Below the pieces are notes generated by a model. That model saw only the letters and a list, made by a program, of their open reading frames with translations. It did not search any database and had not been told where the DNA came from. A program made the position numbers and the translations under genes. A stretch of DNA of 64,000 nucleotides. Source: an uncultured virus (IMG/VR IMGVR_UViG_3300042319_001124) (lineage: Duplodnaviria > Heunggongvirae > Uroviricota > Caudoviricetes). Location: IMG/VR virus record IMGVR_UViG_3300042319_001124. One strand, given 5' to 3'. Shown in pieces: positions 37,001 through 51,000 of this stretch. The stretch's first letter is position 1; every line of letters starts with the position of its first letter.

Positions 37001-39006
37001 GAAAAGTCTTTATCGTAAAAACCTGAGTCTTCAGTAAAAGTAATTCCTGACACAGGGTCATATTTTTCAACTTCTTTTTTAGGAATATGAGTGTTGTAAT
37101 TAAGATAAGATTGATATTGATTTCCCTGTTGTCCTACAAAATAATCCACTCTACCTTCTTGTCCTGTGTTATGAGATTGCATAAACTCAAAAGGACTGTG
37201 TCTTTTAGTGAAGATGTTAAAGTGATCAATAATATTTAAGGGTAAATTAGCAGGAGAAGTAACATTGTTAGCATTCATAATAGCTGCTAACTCATTGGAT
37301 ATCTTTTGATTAAAATCCTCTATTAAAAGAGTTTGTTGAATTACTAATCTGTTGTATTCATATTGACCTATAGTAGCTATAAGTTTTTGTTTGTAAGCAT
37401 CTGCATCTGCAGGATTAAAATAACTAGAGTATTGTGCAAAAGCTGGATTGCTAATTATCTCTGGAAGTCTAGTTAAATCTACAAAATCTGTATTCTGATT
37501 TAACCAACTGTACTTATTTACTAAAGCATTGTTTAGTTCTGACTCACTTTGATTAGTGATAGCTTTCTCTATAGCTTTCATGTTAGAACCAATGAAACTA
37601 TTTAAAGTCTTAAACCAAGAATGAGAGTATTTACCAATTAATCTACCTGTTTTAGACCCCCTAGCAGTTTTTTGATAGAACATATCATAACTTACATCAG
37701 AGAAGAATTTTCCTAACCAAGGGATTCTACTAAAATAAGTAATACCTTTACCTAAACCAAGTAAAGCTTTTCTAGCATCTGCTTCTGTATCATTAATTTT
37801 TTGAGCATGGTCTTTAGATTGAGCTTTATTTTTATACTTAGCTTCTTTTAAGATGTCTACAATAAGTTGTCCAAGAATGTCTTGAGGTCCTGAAAAATTT
37901 AAGTCTGCACTTAAGAATATCATGCTTACTTTATCTATGTCTCCTTCAAAAGCATTAATAATATCTCTAATTTCTTCTGTAGAGTTATTACTAAACATCT
38001 TTTTAAGTTCAGGAGTCTGTTCAATTACTTCAAGTAAATATTCTTTTTTAGCTTGATTAATATCTGTTTTCAACTCTTTGACTGTTCTTGTCATTTTGTC
38101 TAATAACTCTTTTACTTCAGGTTCAATAGCAGTGTAATCAGAAGTATCTACTAAAGTATTATCAGGATTTTGAGAACTGTAATCAGTAATAGTTTCAAAG
38201 TAAGATAAATGATATTCAGCTAAATCCAAATTCTCCATAGTAGGATTAGCAACAAGACTCTTAATAAAACTTAAATCTTTATAAAAGACTTGCATAGTCC
38301 TGTCAAAAATGTCAGGATCAGTTTCTAAGTTTTTAATCTGTTCTGTTACTCTATCTTTTAAATCTTGAAGTTCTTGAGCTTCTTTTTTAAGAGCACTGTT
38401 TTTTACAGTTCTTCTTAAACTGTTAATGTCATTAAGTCTTTTTTCAATTTTGCTTAATACATTCTTTTTAAAAGATATGACACTGCCATAATTAGTAGGG
38501 TTATAATTAGTAGTAGGCATAAAGAAAGTACTCTGATCCTGTCTTCTAGCAGCATCTACATCTTCTTGAGATGCGTATACTTCTCCTTGATATTCATAAG
38601 TACCTGTGTCAGCTAAAAGTTGTTCTTCTTTTAGGTTTTCATTTTGCTCTCTTAATTTCTTTTTGTATTCTGCATAAGAAATTTGATCTTCATAAATCCC
38701 TAACTGTTTTCTTCTTTTATCTATTTCTGCAAAAGCTGCATCAATAGGTTCAACTCTTTCAGTTATTTTCTTTTCGTATCTACCTTTAAAATCATCCCCT
38801 ACAGTATTTGACTCAATAGTGTACAAAGAAGTCAAAGAAAGATTATAAGCAGAGTTAGCTATTCTTAATTCTTTAGCATGGTAAGCTTGAAATTCATCTC
38901 TTTTATCAAGAGGTAAAATTCTTGTACCTACAATTAATCCTTTTTCTTCTAGTTTATTAAGAGCATTTAATTTTGACTCTTTATAAGGTAATCTACAGTT
39001 GTCCAT
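34033..39006 (-). CDS. Large virion cargo/ejection protein
   Basis: 1657 aa, helical, with C-terminal hydrophobic segments; follows the virion RNAP as in crAss-like genomes. Confidence 0.75.
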   Translation of the reverse strand: MDNCRLPYKESKLNALNKLEEKGLIVGTRILPLDKRDEFQAYHAKELRIANSAYNLSLTSLYTIESNTVGDDFKGRYEKKITERVEPIDAAFAEIDKRRKQLGIYEDQISYAEYKKKLREQNENLKEEQLLADTGTYEYQGEVYASQEDVDAARRQDQSTFFMPTTNYNPTNYGSVISFKKNVLSKIEKRLNDINSLRRTVKNSALKKEAQELQDLKDRVTEQIKNLETDPDIFDRTMQVFYKDLSFIKSLVANPTMENLDLAEYHLSYFETITDYSSQNPDNTLVDTSDYTAIEPEVKELLDKMTRTVKELKTDINQAKKEYLLEVIEQTPELKKMFSNNSTEEIRDIINAFEGDIDKVSMIFLSADLNFSGPQDILGQLIVDILKEAKYKNKAQSKDHAQKINDTEADARKALLGLGKGITYFSRIPWLGKFFSDVSYDMFYQKTARGSKTGRLIGKYSHSWFKTLNSFIGSNMKAIEKAITNQSESELNNALVNKYSWLNQNTDFVDLTRLPEIISNPAFAQYSSYFNPADADAYKQKLIATIGQYEYNRLVIQQTLLIEDFNQKISNELAAIMNANNVTSPANLPLNIIDHFNIFTKRHSPFEFMQSHNTGQEGRVDYFVGQQGNQYQSYLNYNTHIPKKEVEKYDPVSGITFTEDSGFYDKDFSQIESDPALLKFWETVSDAVEWMNSKLSDSNTSLSHNSLLAMEKSLVGDVLLNKNVGILKKFMPLLRATADTFKGLFSQNVRNTSVDQSDYISKGIIKTIEEPVNKNMKIIEMKLSTILGVSVSPKTVIDLQTAPNSVIDIFEKTIGKNRSQIMQEYGTSVPVSILREHITHQVIQEQTFNLPVMLRAYLDATSTYAAQKESLPKINILKGIYEDKVKHQPADQENSQVNQAIRNNRTKKGIENKRVNSQTRMNYWINKSVKGSEDKKYWLKLGKNYTKGEADFKKEAEIYLASLNNRLNNTTEPGEIEAIQAEIADIQNVLDNIGQFYTAAAIYDALINRWAILLGLGWNVKAQVMNRMQGVWSSLVHDTGRYWKEGNIYAANSFVNRKGLRYIPGMTTYKHEVRKVKLLVEKLGVIQDATNELDRAKGDSGLRGIAKKVNPFYLTEYVEWHNQVPQILAMLMDQSIEHPTLLDEHGNPLRIPVFNGNTQKVKLQDGSMYTIEYGLPAFNVKNGQLVLKPEMTSDSNKDVSDNNKATWENFSTEEASSITKKIDTTLALLNGDYRSDSNTVIKQAPLGRSLMGFKTWIATNIYTRFASNQSNINLGLKDFDGAYTGSLKSNKTGIAGATLMSVGIGVGVLASGGTLGLIGGGLSVIGMSGYAARQAYLRRKSMQEDSKALKQMAAAIQGIVKKSVGVPINFVSGKNIIKAHTFNELDISEKEKQNLRFLVNEATLLLTTFLSVVLVKSLFGGDDEEEESKTIDGKHPNPYYYQDQAADDDKSTLFLLENTLTDLINSGSLFYNSGELYNSTFSSASIEGWSNKIGKIGEQVIKVVFKGEEDVLETGINKGHSRIGVSISKAIVPGLITNSIFEDKEDDDEGFIKNTLDLANYGNYMEKDLKNNQIIDTWYDTDFKIDKREAKNARKEFKRERKEYWEKEFDFNNLDPISKKIVEDRITTIINKELEIQNPMPNRALYDENQKRINDGN

Positions 39007-39009
39007 ATC

Positions 39010-42000
39010 TTATATTGCTAAACCTCCATTACAAGGTAATTCTTCTTCTTCTGCAACAGGTAATAAATTTTCTTCTGCTTCTTCTGAAGAATCTTGAGAT
39101 AAATCTATATCTTCAGAGAAACCTTGACTTTCCATTTCTTCCCTATCTAGTTCAAATTGTTCTAGTAAGTTTCTTTCTTCTTCAGAGATTTCTGAATCAA
39201 AGTCCTCAAAGTTAGGCATTTCTTCTGAAATAGCTCTTTCTGTTTCTAAGAAATCTAAAACTGTATTTAGAGTAGCTTCAGCTAAAGAGTCTTCTTTAAT
39301 GTCTGGGCTGATAGTTCTAATAAGGTCTTTTAAAATTTCTGCAAATTTTTGTAGTAAAGTCAATGGTCCATTATTGTAAGGTATTTCAGAAAGGTGTTTT
39401 TGGAAAACCTCTGATTCCATAGCTAAAGACAAGAACTCAAAAATATCTATACCTGCATAGTTTAATTCTGTATCTCTGTTAGTAAAGTTAACTTGTTTCT
39501 TTTGTCTAAGAAGAGTTATCTTATCTTTCATTGAACTAACCTCTTTAGGGTCCAAAGAAGCTATAGCTTGTTTCCAGATATCATCTAAAGCAACTACATG
39601 AGGAGGAGCTGAAGGATCTAATACAGTGAAGAAACCATTTTCATCAGCAGTATAGTATTTTTTCAACTCTCTAACAGACAAGGCATGTACTAATTCATGC
39701 ATGAAAAGTCCTATTTCTTTACCTTTTTTACCTGAAGCATAAGCAAGGTCCATAAAAATGTAATCTTTTTGCTCATCATAGAATCCTGCAACAGGTGCAC
39801 CATACACTTCAACACTATTTCCAGTTGTAATTTTTAAACTAGGAGATACAAAAGGCAGTAATGCTTTAGCTAAAAACTTGTATCGTTCCATATTCTTATT
39901 AGTAGAATTGGCAATACTTTCTATTACACTAGCAGCAGTAACATTATTTGAAATAAGAGTTCCTGTAGTTCCTGATAAAGTAGGTTGACCACTTTTCTCA
40001 GTTCTTACTTCTGATTTAGGAGCTTCTTTTTGTTTAGTAAACACTGAGTTAACTTTATTATATCCTGCTTGGTATTCATTCATACCTGTAGTTCCTAAAA
40101 CAGGTACTTTTACATACTGACCTGATCCCAAATGTTGGAATAAGTCATACTTATGCTGTTTTAATTTAGAATAGGTTTTGATTTTTACATGAAAGAAATC
40201 AGGATAAAAATCTTTACCTACTAGAGCAATTGTATCTGCTTCTCTTATTTCTTCATCTGTTAATCCTAACTTAGTAGGAGTCATTACAGTAGTCTTTTCA
40301 GGATTGTGTTGAAAGTATTGTTTTATAAATAAAGACTTACCTTGTATAGTATTTATATCTCCTAAAAGATGTTTAAATAATTCAGGGTTTCTCTTAGTAT
40401 TTAATCTTTGTAACAAAGAAGCAGTAGAAACAAACTTACCTTCTTCTTTTATTCCAACTTCTTCCAAATACTCTAAAGGTACATACTTAATAAATTGAGT
40501 AGCTTCTTGAACTCCTCCTTCTATAAAAGAATAGGTAATCAACTCTTGAGCCAATAATCTAGTAGAAAAAGGTTGACCATTAAAATCAGGCAAAGGAGAA
40601 TCATTTATAATCATTTCTGCAAATGTGTTATAAAGGTATTTCTCATTCAAGTCATCACTAATTGTATTGTTAAACTTAATTAAAGAAGGTCTTCCATCAG
40701 TTTGAACTTCATAAGTAAACCTGTTTAATAATTTATTAGCTGCAATAAGAGCCTCTCTAGAATTACTATTTAAGTAATTAGCTAAAGACATATTTGTATT
40801 AGTGTCTATAAATAGTCTTTGTCTTTCAGAAGTAGCTGTACCTTCAAAGATTCCAAACTTATTCCAAGAGTTAAGGTATTTTTTAACTTCATCAAATACA
40901 TCCTGGAAAGCCTCTACTTGTTTAAATTTACTATCTGTAGGTACACCTGAAGAAATAAACACAGACTCCATTACTTTTTTCAAGTAAGGATCATCATAAG
41001 GGAAGAAATCTGCCCACAATGTTTTAGCTGCTTTTAAACTATTAACTACAATACTACCTTGAGGAGTTGTAGGTTTTACAAAGAAACTGCCTATTACTTG
41101 GTATCCTTCAGGTTTAATAAGATTTTCTTCAACAGGAATAAAATCTCCAATTAAGGAAGAGATGTTTTCAAAAGATTTGTTCTTACCTAAGTTTTCTAAA
41201 TCTTCGTATCTTAAATGAGTTTCAAAAATAGATTTATCTAATTGTCTTAGACCTACTACACTTTGAACTTTAGCCATGTTTTTAGCATAGTCATTTAATT
41301 CTGTAAATAATTTTAAAGCTGCAACTTGTACATCTCCATTTAAACCACTTTTTCTTATTCCATCTATTAAGTTGTTTCCTGTAAGAATATCACTTGAAAT
41401 ATCTTCAAATTTTGTTCCAGTCTGATACTTAGCAAATAGTTTTTCTATAATCTCTTGCTCTGCATTAGGATTATACTCAGCGGTTACTCCTCTTGATTTT
41501 TGTAATTCTTCTACATACTCTTTTATAATAGGTTGTGAAAGAATAGCATAAGATAAAGACAAGTCTTTTCTATTATTTTGGTCATCAATATAAGAAGTTT
41601 TATCATACCCTAATAAAGTCAATAAAGAGTCTACACCAATAGTATGAGAACTAATATTTACTCTACCTAAGATTTGTTCTTTCTCATTATCTGTAGCTGT
41701 ATTCTGTCTTTCAGCAAAAGCTTCTGCAATACTTCTAGAACCATCTAAAGTATTTACTAAACCTAATACACCTTTAGAAACCTGACCTCCAATATTTATT
41801 TCTTTAGGTTCATATTTTTTTGAAACAGGATCATATTCCCCTACCATTCTAATAGGTCTTCTAGTCTGCTGAATCAAAGAGTGTAGAGTAACATAGTTAG
41901 AATAGATTCCAATAGCCATTTTACCTGCAGCTCCTAATCCCATTTTATTTTTCTGATAGTCATCAGAAAGAATAGTGAAGTTATTATTTGCTCTAGGTGC

Positions 42001-45000
42001 AAGTCCTTTAGCCTCTGGAGCAGAAACTCCTTCTTCAGTCAGTTCTAATTCTAATTGACGTACTTTGCTTTCTTCTGTTAACTCTTCAATCAAGTCAGCC
42101 TGTTCTCTAGCAAAATCCATAGAAAGAACCTTGTTGATTTTCTTTTGTACTTCAGGATTAGGATTATTAAATACAGCAGAGTGTATTCTAATAAAGTCAT
42201 TCTCAAGAAGTTTTTGAGTTAACTTAGCTTCTATGTTAGCATATTTTTCTTTCTGAGATGCCTCATCATTTAAAACCTCTTGTAATAAATCTTCTCCAAA
42301 GAATTTAGCTAAATCAATTCTACCTTCTCCTTCTAAAGCTCCATACTGACCTAGTAACTCTGCAGCTTCTTCAGGTAAAAGATTTCTTTGAAGTTTTATT
42401 CTTTGTAATTCTAGTTTGTCTAAAACTTTTTGTATTTCCTTTAAAGTCTTTTCTTTATGTTTTTCAGAAAAAACTTCAACTTTACCTGTTTTATAATCAG
42501 TAATATGGTGTAATTGATATACATTTTCTTTATCAACATCAAAGTCAAGACCTTTTTGTTTAGTAAAGTTTTTAGGTACAATCATTAAGTCTCCACTTTC
42601 AGGAGGAAGGATACCAGCTATCTCAATAGTAGATGCAGATACATGTGAAGAGGTAGGAGTTCTAAAACTAAACTGAGCTAATAACTCAGGATCTATTACT
42701 CCATCTTTTAATCTCCAAGTACCATTCTCTCTTTTCTCAATATAAATGTTCTCTCCTTTTTCATTTTTAGCAAACAAGTCTACTAACTTACCTTGACTAT
42801 CTTTGAATTTAGAAGGTACAAATACTTGAGCTTTTTTAAATTGTCTTACACCATTTTCATCAGCCTCTGCATGAAGTACTCCTTTAAGTTCTTTTCCATC
42901 ATAATCATCCATAAAGATAATTCTGGATTGGTCTATACCTTCAAGGTTTTCTTTAAATCCAAATCCATTTTCAGAAGCAGCTACAAATGAGTTTCCAGGA
43001 ATCTTGTGTTTAACTAATCTATTACTAACAATAGCATTCAATAAAGATTCGTATCTATTACTGTTTGTAGATAACCACAATGGAATATTAAACTCATAAT
43101 ATGGATTACCTTGGGTATCATAAAGAGTTTTTAATTCAAGTCCTTTAATATCTTTTAAAGGGTAGTTTCTTTCAAGAGCTTCTTTCTGTAATAAATTCTG
43201 AACTTTTAAAATTGTTTCAGTTTCATTAATAGGAGTACCTGTAGAATCTAATCCAAGTTCAGTATACAACTGTTGTTTTTTACTTTCTACAAGAGCCTGG
43301 AAAGTAGCATTATATTCATCATATAATTTTTCCCCTTTGTAAGTTTTACCTTTATATTCAAAACCTTCTATGTCTAAAATCCCATCTCCAAATAATAATT
43401 TAAAGATTTGAGTTCCCATAGATATCTTATCCTCTTTCTTCTTGTCAGATTTAAAAGGTACATCCTGTTGAATTCTAAAATTATTTCTATCTAGTTCAAC
43501 CATGGCTGCTTCAATGTTCTGAAGACTTTGTGGATTTAAAGGGTCTACAGTATTAGCATCTATTACAGCACCTACCTTATTAGCAGACTGATAAGAAGCT
43601 CTTACAGGCATTCCATACCCTCCTTGGTCTGCAGGTTTTTCTAAGTTTTCTAAAGCAACTCTCAAGTTGTCAATTTGCAAACCTGCAGTAAGTTCTTTGA
43701 TTAAAGGAAAAGAAGAAGACTTAATATAAATAGGTCTTGACATATCTTTTTCAGAATCTAAAGTTTGACCAGTATATACAGGTTTAATAGGCTGCATAAC
43801 TAATTTTATATCTTCATAAGCTAGAGTATCTCCTCTTTCTACTTTGTCTAAGATTCTTTTGTAATCATCTTCAGAAAGTCTTTCTTGATTGTAAAGGATT
43901 CCAATATGTTCTTTTACTGTAGTATACTCTTGAGCATCAGTAGTATCAATATCAAAGTAATCTCCAATAGAAGGAAATAAATCTTGTAGTCCTTTTCTTA
44001 CTACAGCTTGACTAGCAGGAGTTAAAGTAGGATACTTGTCAATCATATCTGATACAGTACTTCCCATAAAAGATTCTTTCAATCTTTCTTTACCTTCATA
44101 TAAAGAAATAAGGTACTTGCTATTTTGAGAAATACCTTTGTCATCTTTTAAGAATACTTGTTTGTATTTAGCATCTTTAGAATCAGCTAAAGTAGTTCCA
44201 GGAGCAGAAAGATAAGCTAACCTTTTACCAATATTTACTCCTTGTTTCTTAGCAAGTTTCATATAAGCAGCATCACTACTCATAGCATAAGGAGGAGTAT
44301 CTTTTTCAAAGTTTTTGTCTTGTGAAAAGAAAGCTGGGTCTCCTGCTATAGTTGAGAAAGTGTCTGCATTAGTTAATACAGAGTTTAAAACAAAGTCATA
44401 AGCTGCGTGTTTTAATCTTTCTTCTATAGTTACATTAGCAGGATTAGAAGCTAAGTAAGCACTGTCTAAGAAATTAACTTTTGTAATATTGCCTGCTGCA
44501 TCTTTTTCTACAAAAGAATCAAAAGCTTCTACTTTCTGTTGAGCTAAACTGTGCATTACATCTTCTACAACATTGATAAGGTCTTCTTTAAATAATGCCT
44601 CTACATCTTCTACAGATTTTTGAGTTAAGTGTTGGATAATTCTATACCCATCTTTGTCTTTTACATTATTTAAAGCAGGAATCATATTAAAGATTTGTGC
44701 TGCTTTGTCATAGTCTTTTACAGAAGTTTCTTTTACACTTCTATGAAAGTTAGAAATTCTTTTTAATTCAGGTAATACCAATTTTTGGTACAACAATTCT
44801 CTTAAGTCTTCAGTAAAGATAAGTTCTCCTTCATTATCTGTTTCAAAAGCAGAGTTAGATTCTTTCATAAAGTCTATTACTGCAGTATTTAAAACAAGCA
44901 TTTGAGATTTATCTGACATAGTAGGCAAGAACATTCTAGCCATTCTCATTCTAAATCCTCCTTCTTTAAAAGTAGCAGGAACTTCTCCTTGTTGTTGGTC

Positions 45001-48000
45001 TTGGAAGAAGCCTAGTTTAGTAAGTTCATGGTCTACAATATTTAAGTCAGTGATAGAAGAAAAAGAATTTGCTTTCTTTCCATACTGTTTCAAGGCTGTA
45101 ATACCTAAATGGTTTAATTCTAATTTTTTTGCAAAATCAGGATATTCCATTAGTAATTTTAACATAGTAGAACCTGAACCTATAGAAGTATTTCTTAAAT
45201 CAGAAATCATTTTCTTATCTTCAGACATAGCACTTCTAATCAAATCATCTACTCTATTTGTAACATAGGTAGGATTAGTTATACCTGTAATACTTTTTTG
45301 TCCATCTCTAAAAGAAGTACTAGTTGTTCTATTAGTAAATCTACTTTCTCCTTTAGAAATGTTTTTAAGAACTCCAGACATATCTTTAAAAGGATGTGCT
45401 TTAGGATTCTCTTCAAATTTTAAGTTTTGAATATAGTTTACATTTTGAGGATTAGTTATTCTATCTAAGTAAATACCTAAGTATCCCATAGGAGTATTAG
45501 GACTAGAAAACAATAAATTATAAGGAATGTATTTTCCTTTATCCATCATCCCTACTTCTTTTAATTCTCTCCAGTACTCATCTGAGAAATCTATACCAAA
45601 ATTAGATAACCAATTTCTTATAACTTGATCATCTTGTAAGTGCCCTTCTGTACCCCAAGACTTGTATTGATCATATAATTTTATTGCAGTATCCCTGTTT
45701 ATAGAATACTGTCCTTTGTCTAAAACAACTAAAGGTGAAGTAGTAAAATTATTAGCCCAAGTATTGGTAATAACTCTAGTGATTTCATTAGCATTAGTAT
45801 CATAAACTTGAAGTTTAGGGTCTTTAGATCTGTTATCATACATCATGAACTTCATGTTGATAGCATGTTTTCTATAGTTTAATACAAGACCTTTTCTTAA
45901 TTGTTCATCTGCATTATCATACTTCTCTATTAATTCTTTTATCCAAGGATGTGTATTAGACATCTGAAGAAGTTTAGCTTTCATAGTATTATAGTCTGAT
46001 TCAATGTAAACACCTGAACCTAATAAACTATAAATAGAGTCATAGATTTCATTGAAAGACATGTACTGAGGAAGATCTAAGAATCCTTTAACAGGTTGTC
46101 CTTGGTTATCTACTTTAGTAATACCAGACATAAATCTTTTTTGTCGGAAACTAGTCTTAGTCTTAAAGTTTTCAGTCAAAGCAGCAGCATCATCAAAAGT
46201 TTTTTCTCTTAATGATAAATCTTCTTCTTCCTCTTCTTGCTCTTCAACTGCTTCTTTGTTCTCAGATATGTCAGAGGTTTCAGAAACTTCTTGAATAGCT
46301 TTCTCTAAGATACCTACTTGACCTGTATAAGGTAATCCTGATACAGTTAATACTTTTTTAATGTTGTCAACATTCCAGTTTTTCTCTAAATTCTCTAAAG
46401 CTTGTAAAGCTGCTTTTAAAGAATTTATAGTGTTTGCTAATTGTGGGCTAGGAGTAGCAGCTTGTAAAGCTTCCACTTTTTCTAAAACTGTATTTATGTT
46501 TTCTATTGAAGGACTTACAATATCTTTAAAAGAATTTTGTAACTTCTTCATTAACAATGCTTTATTAACTTTACCTTTAAATTCACTATCAATAAGAGCA
46601 TTAATGTATTGAACAGTAAAGTTTAATAGTTGAGATTCTTGAGCTATAGAAAGTCCTGGAGTAGTATTTAAGATATTTCTTAAGTGCTCTACACCATTCA
46701 TTGTTACAGGCATTGCTTGTATTTGCTGAGTACTAAAACCTAACTTAGACAATAAGTCATTAGCTTTTTGTATTACCTCATCTGGAGATTCTACTTTAGC
46801 AATTTCTTCTTTTATTTGTTCTGCCTCTATTTTATTTTGTTGTGTCTGAGTTACAGCATTTTGTTCAGGCATTCCTGTTTCATATTCAAATACAATCTTA
46901 GGTTGTATTGAAGTAGCATATACAGGTTTATCTGCAGTACCCACATTAAAAGATTTTACATCTGTCTTAAGTGTAGTTTTTAAATAGTCTGAATAAGTTT
47001 TATTAGTAGAAACAACTTTACCATTTACAATCATAGGTACAGTACAGTTCTTCTGTAAACCATCTCTTGAAGTATGTTGAGCAAAAGTATTTAAGTTACC
47101 TGTATATAAAGTTCTACCAAATTGAGCATTAGAATCTCCTGATCTAGGTTGCATAAACAATTTAAAGAAACTAGAAGCTTCTTCAAAGTTCATTAAATTA
47201 TACCCTGTCAAAGCTTTAATGTCTTTAATAATTTCTTTAGCTTGTTCAGGAGTTAATTGGTATTCAGGAGGTAAAAAATCATTTCTTACTTCTTGAATAA
47301 TTTTTGACTTCTTAGAACCTTGTAAAGTTTCTTTATGGTCAAAGAAAGAATATGCAGACCAAGCCCACTTAATTGTTTCTAGTTCTTCTTCTTTAGGATA
47401 TCTTACAACATTAAAAGCTCTCCAAGTTTCTCTTCCTTGTTCATCTACACCTATTCTTCTTAAGTGCCAAGTAGTTCCTTGTTTCTTTTGAGCAATTTCA
47501 TTTTTATTTACTATGACTCTTTTTTCATTTTCAAAAGCCATGTTGTTTCCTTTTTCTAAAACATTTTGTTTACCTTGAGTAACAATATGAGAATCAGGAT
47601 TAGCTTCTTCTATAGTGTATAGTGGAAGTAATTTTCCAGTGTTAGGGTCAACTTTATTAGCAATAGAATAATAAGGTCCTTCTGTTTTTTCTTTTATTTT
47701 AATTTTAGAAACCTGTTTAGAAAAAACTGATTGTCTAAACTTACTTGCAGCTACTCTAGCATCATCAATAGCTTGTTTATGAGCTAAAGTAATACCTCTA
47801 GGATTTATAACTCCTGTTGCATTAGCAGGGTCAGCTACATTCCATTCATTATACCAAGAAGAATCATGGATATAAGCTAAAGGAGTACCTTTGTTATCAT
47901 AAGCAAACATAGGCACTGACTCAACAAACTCAACAGTATTTCTGTAGTTAGGGTCTTTTTCTTCTTTTTCTTTTAAGATATCTGCATAAGATTTTAGAAT

Positions 48001-51000
48001 AGGTTTATTCTGTTGGTCTCTTCCTACATTAATCATAATAGTAGACCAAGAATCTTCAGGAGCTACTCCTACATTGACAGAGTCTCCAGGATTATACATG
48101 TCAGGATTAAGTAAATCCTTATAGTCAATCTGAGTGTTCTCATCATTAAGACTATCAGTGATAACTGTTTGTCTAATAAATGTACCTGTACCAATACCTT
48201 GAGCATCTAATATCTCTACTTCTTCGTATCTAATAGCATTAAAACCTAATCTTAAAGCAGGACTAGTTATTCTATTTTCATTCTCAGTTCTAATAGGAAC
48301 ATTATTCTCAGTAAAATTATTAATAGAAGTTTGATTAGATTCTACTTGTCTTAATTCTACAGGAGAGTTTTCTCTTAAAGAATCTTCTGTTTCTGTAAAA
48401 GAGTTTTGAGAACCATAAATACTTTCAATAAAAGAATCTGCAGCTAATATGCTATCTCTAGAAGGCTCAAATATTTCATTGTAAACATCATCATAGTTAG
48501 TAGCTGCAAAACCATTTGCTTCCCAACCAGCTCTATACATATCAAAGAAAGTCTCTGCTTTTACTTTATTGGTAAACTTAATAAAGTGGTATACCATTTC
48601 TTTAAAAGAAGGTTCTCTACCAAATTGTTTTTTAAGGTCTTCATGTACTTTACCAATAACTTGCTTAAGACCTTTAAGAGCATCTTCTGTAAGATTTGTA
48701 GCAGGGTTTAATTGGAAAGTAGATAAAGTATCTTCTTCATCAATAACTATTTCATCAGGATCAAAATCTCCTTCAGGACTAATAATGTTTTCAATATCAG
48801 ATTGAGCATTTTGAATTCCTTCTGCTACTGTCTCTAAAGAGTTAATAGGTTTGTCTTCTTCTGTTTCTTTTTTACCAGGAAGAGTCATATTATGATTTAA
48901 AGCAAAAGCTAATGCCTCTGCTTCTGGATCAGATAAATGAGGAAACTGTTCTCTTAACTGTCCTCTAGTCATACCCATACCTTGGGTAGCTAAATCTACT
49001 ATTAATGGTAAACTACTTTCTACTTTTTCAATATAGTCATTATCGTATTTATCATTTTCTAAAATGACAGGATGACTTAAAAGAATTTCTCTAGCAGTAT
49101 CTACATTTTCTTCATAAGCTTCAATCTCTTCCTGAGAAGCCATCTCTACATTATCTTCTTCAAACAATCTTAGTTGAGTGCCTTCTATAGGATTTAACTT
49201 AGCATCTTCTTCTGCTTTCTTTTTATCTGCCTTTTTTTGTTTTTGCTCTTGAATTACTATCTGAGCTTGATCATATAAAGAGTTAATACGATTATTAGCT
49301 TGCATTGCTCTTTGAGCTTCTTGAATCTCAACCATGTTCAAGTAGTCTTGCTTGATAGCTTCAAAGTCTTTTTCTTTTACTCCTTGAGTAGAAATAACAC
49401 GATTAAAAGTGTGCTCAATAAAATCTTTTCCTATTCTAGCTTTACCATTAGAATCTATTTCTAATCCAAGAGAAGAAAGATTATTAGCTTCTGCAAATTC
49501 AATACTATCTCTAATTTGTTTATTGATAGCTCTTTTAACTTCTTGGTTTTTAAGTAACTCTGCTTCTCTTGTAGAACTTGTCTCTTCATTAAACAATTTC
49601 ATAGTTTCTCTGTGAGAGTATCTCATTTCTTCTTGAGTCTCTAACAATCTAATATAAGCTTGAATAGCAGGACTATTAGCTTCATCAATACTTTTTACAA
49701 AAGCAAAAGTACCATCTTCCATCTCCTCTTGAGTAAAAGGATTGTCATTTAAGATAGTATCAATGTCAGCATCTTTTAAATGATCAGGAGCATTGCTTCT
49801 TAAGGTTTCTAGTTCTTCATTAGCCAGAGCTCTTTGAGTACTTATCTCTGAAGAAATATTTTGAAGACCTTGTTTTATAGCTAATTTTTTATTTGCTAGG
49901 TCTACTATAGTATTTACATTAGTTCTACCTTTATATTGTTCATGAGTACTTTTTATCTTTTCAATCTTTTCTTTAGCTAACTGAATGTTTTGAAGAGTTT
50001 CAGGAGACATACCACCTTCCCCTAAAGAACTCTGAGATCTTTTTAATAGGTTATCTAAAGTCATCTCAAATTGATCTAGAGTATTTGTTTGCATAGCAAT
50101 AGTTGCCATATTAACAAATTTCTTTTGTTCTAGTTCATCTGCAGCTTTGAATTGTTTTTTATCTCTTAGTTCTTCTATCTTAGCATCATAGTCAGCAATA
50201 CTGTAATTGGTACCTGCAGTACTCATTACAATAGTGTTTGCTAAATCTTCATCTGTAACTGCTTTGTCAATGGCTTTATATTTTTTAATGATGTTTCTTT
50301 TTGCATCATACATTTTTCCATTTTGTCTCCAGTTAATTGCAGAAGAAACTCCTCCTACAGTAGTAAACATTCCTCCCATCATTGCAGTCTGAGCAAGTAC
50401 ATCTACATAGAAAGAAGGATCTTTTAATTGTTTTAATTGCTCAGAGTAATCTCTATTAATTGAAGGAGTTAACTGAGACAATACTTCTTCAAACATCTCT
50501 TCAGGTAATCCTTGTATAATTCTATTTGAACCTGTTCTGTAAGCTGCTTTACCAGTAATCTTACCTACAACAGAATTTGTATATCTCTCTGCTCCTTCTT
50601 TGTATAGGTTTGAAACTCCTTTGTAAGCTTTTGTAGTAAGGTGAGTAGGCTTTAAAGCAAACTTACCTATTTCAGTTTTTGCAGCCCAACCTGCTACTTT
50701 ACCTAATGCTTTTCCTGCTATTTCTCCTCCTGCTAATTCAATAAAGTTTTCTTTAGCAGTTTCCCAAGTTCCATAAGCAGCACTTTCAAACCAAGACTTA
50801 GGTCTTAAAGTATTAAACTCTTGATTTAGTTGATCTTGGTCACTTTCTATTTGATCTAATCTTTCTTTTTCTTCTTCTGATAAATTTTCTTTAGCTTGTA
50901 ATTTTGCTTTCTCTTTTTCAAGTAAAGAATTTTTATAGTTATAGTCTCTTTGATATGCTTTAAAAATACCATCTCTTACAAGATATCTATTTTCTCCATC